Below, piece after piece: positions 29,598-32,000 of a stretch of 32,000 nt of DNA. The translations under genes and the position numbers were made by a program. The notes below the pieces were generated by a model, which saw nothing but the letters and a program-made list of their open reading frames with translations, was not told the origin of the DNA and searched no databases. This stretch comes from a cyanobacterium endosymbiont of Braarudosphaera bigelowii (GTDB lineage Bacteria > Cyanobacteriota > Cyanobacteriia > Cyanobacteriales > Microcystaceae): NCBI RefSeq assembly GCF_020885515.1, contig NZ_AP024987.1:1350001-1382000 (forward strand). The letters run 5' to 3'. The stretch's first letter is position 1. Each line of letters starts with the position of its first letter.

Positions 29598-30168
29598 GTT
29601 TGATGATTTTAAAAATATAAAATTTTTTTCCTATCTCTACTAATTACTGTACAGTTAATTTTGTAAAAGATTCAGTAATATAATAGAGAGAAATTAATAG
29701 CAGTTAAAAATAAACTCAAGACTTTAAAGTAAAATAACGAATATTAATTTTTGTACTTAATACAATGAAATTTTTGGTATTTACTTTTATTAGAAATCTC
29801 AGAAATAATCAGCTTTTACACTAAAAGGCCTTAATATCAATTGTAATTTCTATTAAAAACCTCCATTTTCAGTTTATTTTTTAGAATATCTATTAAAAAT
29901 AATACATATCGGATATAAAATTAAATTAGCTTCCTATCATACAGTTTTTTAGCTTTTAGAGCAATATCTTAAGCACTAGTAAGTAGTTAATATTTCTAAT
30001 ATAGACAAAAATATAACCCGTAGACCACATTAAGCTTAATAAATTAGTATTTCAGTACTTAAATACTCAATAAAGTATCAAAATTAAACATTTTAATTTA
30101 TTTTAGTCTAAAACTTTATTTAGAAAATCAAATTGAAGTCGTAATTTTTATTACTTAAAGTATAAAAA

Positions 30169-30831
30169 TTATTGATTCTGAGTTTTAACTATATCTACAC
30201 CATGAGAAGTACCTATGCGACTTGCACCTAACTTAACTAATTCTAAAGCTTGTTCAAATGTATGAATACCTCCAGAAGCTTTAATCCCCATTTTACCGCT
30301 ACAAATTTTATGTAGATATTCGATATCAATTTTTGTAATGCCTCCGAACCATCCAGTGTTAGTCTCTAAATATTTAGCTCCTGCATCTGCACAAATATCA
30401 GAGGCTAACTTCTTTTCTGCATTTGTTAATAAATTACTTTCTAAAACTATTTTAATTATCCTTTTTGTAGTTTCACATATTGATGATATTTCATCATAAA
30501 TAAATCTTGAATTACCTAATTTTAATTCTCCCAGATTTATCATAATGTTCAATTCATTAGCACCATTATCTGTTGCTTCTTGTGCTTCATAAAGTTTAAC
30601 AGATGAAGTAGTAGCTCCTGAAGGAAAACCAATTACTGTAGATATTGAAGTTTTGGTTCCATGAAGTAAATGTACTACCTGAGGAACGAAATGAGGATAT
30701 ACACACACACTAGGAAATTGAAAGTATTGAGCTTCATCACATAATGTTTTAATTTCTTCATAAGTTGAGTTAGGATTGAGTGATGAATGTTCAATATAGT
30801 TAGCAATATTAATATTTAATTCAGATTTCAT
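30169..30831 (-). CDS. deoC: Deoxyribose-phosphate aldolase
   Basis: IGFPSGATTSSVKLYEAQEATDNGANELNIMINLG, KYLETNTGWFGG, MGIKASGGIHTFEQALELVKLGASRIGTS. Confidence 0.93.
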   Translation of the reverse strand: MKSELNINIANYIEHSSLNPNSTYEEIKTLCDEAQYFQFPSVCVYPHFVPQVVHLLHGTKTSISTVIGFPSGATTSSVKLYEAQEATDNGANELNIMINLGELKLGNSRFIYDEISSICETTKRIIKIVLESNLLTNAEKKLASDICADAGAKYLETNTGWFGGITKIDIEYLHKICSGKMGIKASGGIHTFEQALELVKLGASRIGTSHGVDIVKTQNQ

Positions 30832-31347
30832 GTTCTTTATTTCTACAAAAATTTATTAACTCAATTATCTAAATTGTAGTTTAAAAAAGCATGTGTTTCA
30901 TAAGATATAAAAATGATATTTATCAGAATATAATTTCTCTAAGAAACATTAACTTTTAATAATGTTGAATAAGATTCAACAATTTAATTTTTCAAAGGTC
31001 ATCACTTCTTAAGTACATATTAGAGCTTTTAATTCAATTAATTTTGTAGAGAATTGTTACTCATATAGAGTAAAGTTTATTTAGAGTTAGTAGCGTGTCA
31101 TTCTCTTAAAAATTTCATACTTCTAAAGATAATAAAATTGTCTCTAAATATACTTTTTTCTAATAATCTTATTTATTAATACTATTACAATATTTATATA
31201 AAGTTTTTGAGTTTTAGTAGTTGCATTATATTGCTAGAATCTTGGTACTTATAACATTAAATTACCTAATATTAACTAAAAGCTACAAATAGTAAGTATG
31301 TTTATAAGCTCTAAAACGAATATAAAGTTACTTTTTTGTATATACTT

Positions 31348-31530
31348 TTACACAATATTTAAACACTGGAAATAGGCAAGGTTAAGTTTACTGTTATCGA
31401 AGATGAAACTTATTGGAGCTGGTATTAGTAAATCAGATGTTATAAATGAACGTGCGATCATTACAAATAGAGAAATAACAAAAATAAGAAGAATTAAAAA
31501 AGGAGCTATATATTCTCGAAAAAACTGCAT
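31348..31530 (-). CDS. Small single-pass membrane protein candidate, 60 aa
   Basis: MQFFREYIAPFLILLIFVISLFVMIARSFITSDLLIPAPI has one clear transmembrane segment and fills part of a long gap on the same strand as its neighbours. No clear Shine-Dalgarno. Confidence 0.45.
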   Translation of the reverse strand: MQFFREYIAPFLILLIFVISLFVMIARSFITSDLLIPAPISFIFDNSKLNLAYFQCLNIV

Positions 31531-31693
31531 AAAAACTTTTATCTTTAGTATATTACCAAATTATATCAGATTTTTTTCAACTGATTGAAAAAAATCTGGC
31601 AATTGGTACTAGGAATAAATACAGGAAAAATTGTAAAGAATACTATTTTAAACAATTAATTTTATACTTTTACCAAAATCAATACTTGTAAAA

Positions 31694-32000
31694 TCAATTT
31701 GTTCTATACCTTGAATCTTTTAGAGATAACCATACTATAAATTGTGTCCCTTTATTATTTTGAAAATCAATTGGACTCAATAACTCAATCGTTCCATTCA
31801 TTTTATCAACTAGTTCTTTGACAATTGATAAGCCTAAGCCGTTGCCTAGAATACTTTCTTGTGTTTTTGCTCCTCTATAATGTCGCTCAAAAATATATGG
31901 TTGATCTTCCGTAGAAATACCTAAGCCTGTATCTTGTATACAAATACCTTGATACTGTTTATTGTCAATGATTTTAAATAAACCTAGCCTAATATCTATT
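31694..32000 (-). CDS. Sensor histidine kinase, C-terminal ATPase domain (5' part outside the window)
   Basis: Not in the supplied ORF track. Manual minus-strand reading gives ...GLFKIIDNKQYQGICIQDTGLGISTEDQPYIFERHYRGAKTQESILGNGLGLSIVKELVDKMNGTIELLSPIDFQNNKGTQFIVWLSLKDSRYRTN*, with G1 (DTGLGI), F and G2 (GNGLGLSIVKELV) boxes. Confidence 0.92.
   Translation of the reverse strand, partial: IDIRLGLFKIIDNKQYQGICIQDTGLGISTEDQPYIFERHYRGAKTQESILGNGLGLSIVKELVDKMNGTIELLSPIDFQNNKGTQFIVWLSLKDSRYRTN

Noticed and set aside
31403-31588. Plus-strand ORF, 61 aa
   Set aside because: Antisense to the more plausible 31348-31530 membrane ORF; basic, low-complexity, no motif.

Overview
This window is AT-rich cyanobacterial chromosome. 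The diagnostic genes are a split RNA polymerase gamma subunit (rpoC1), an ndhA-I-G-E operon block, accD, and a DICT-domain histidine kinase. Gene content, low GC, about 82% coding and several long non-coding gaps suggest a unicellular diazotroph/endosymbiont lineage related to Crocosphaera (UCYN-A or diatom spheroid-body like). That placement is inference and was not tested. From left to right the window holds: a Gfo/Idh/MocA oxidoreductase, tRNA-Val, a DUF2227-like protein, ndhE/G/I/A (minus), a tightly packed surface-carbohydrate cluster (NAD-sugar epimerase, gmhA, gmhB-like phosphatase, three glycosyltransferases) running into alanine dehydrogenase, mutS2 (minus), tRNA-Glu (minus), accD, a DICT-GAF-histidine kinase, tRNA-Leu, an oligopeptide ABC-transporter lipoprotein and permease (minus), a GNAT-like protein, a small conserved-looking protein, a UPF0182 membrane protein (minus), rpoC1 (minus), deoC (minus), a small membrane ORF, and the 3' end of another histidine kinase that the ORF track misses. 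I found no CRISPR array, transposase, phage module, toxin-antitoxin or obvious defence system. The most useful second-look items are the heptose/glycosyltransferase operon, a 22-bp perfect inverted repeat after the DICT kinase, several AT-only terminator-like hairpins, corrected start sites, and the long unexplained intergenic gaps. I see no convincing undescribed biological system here.
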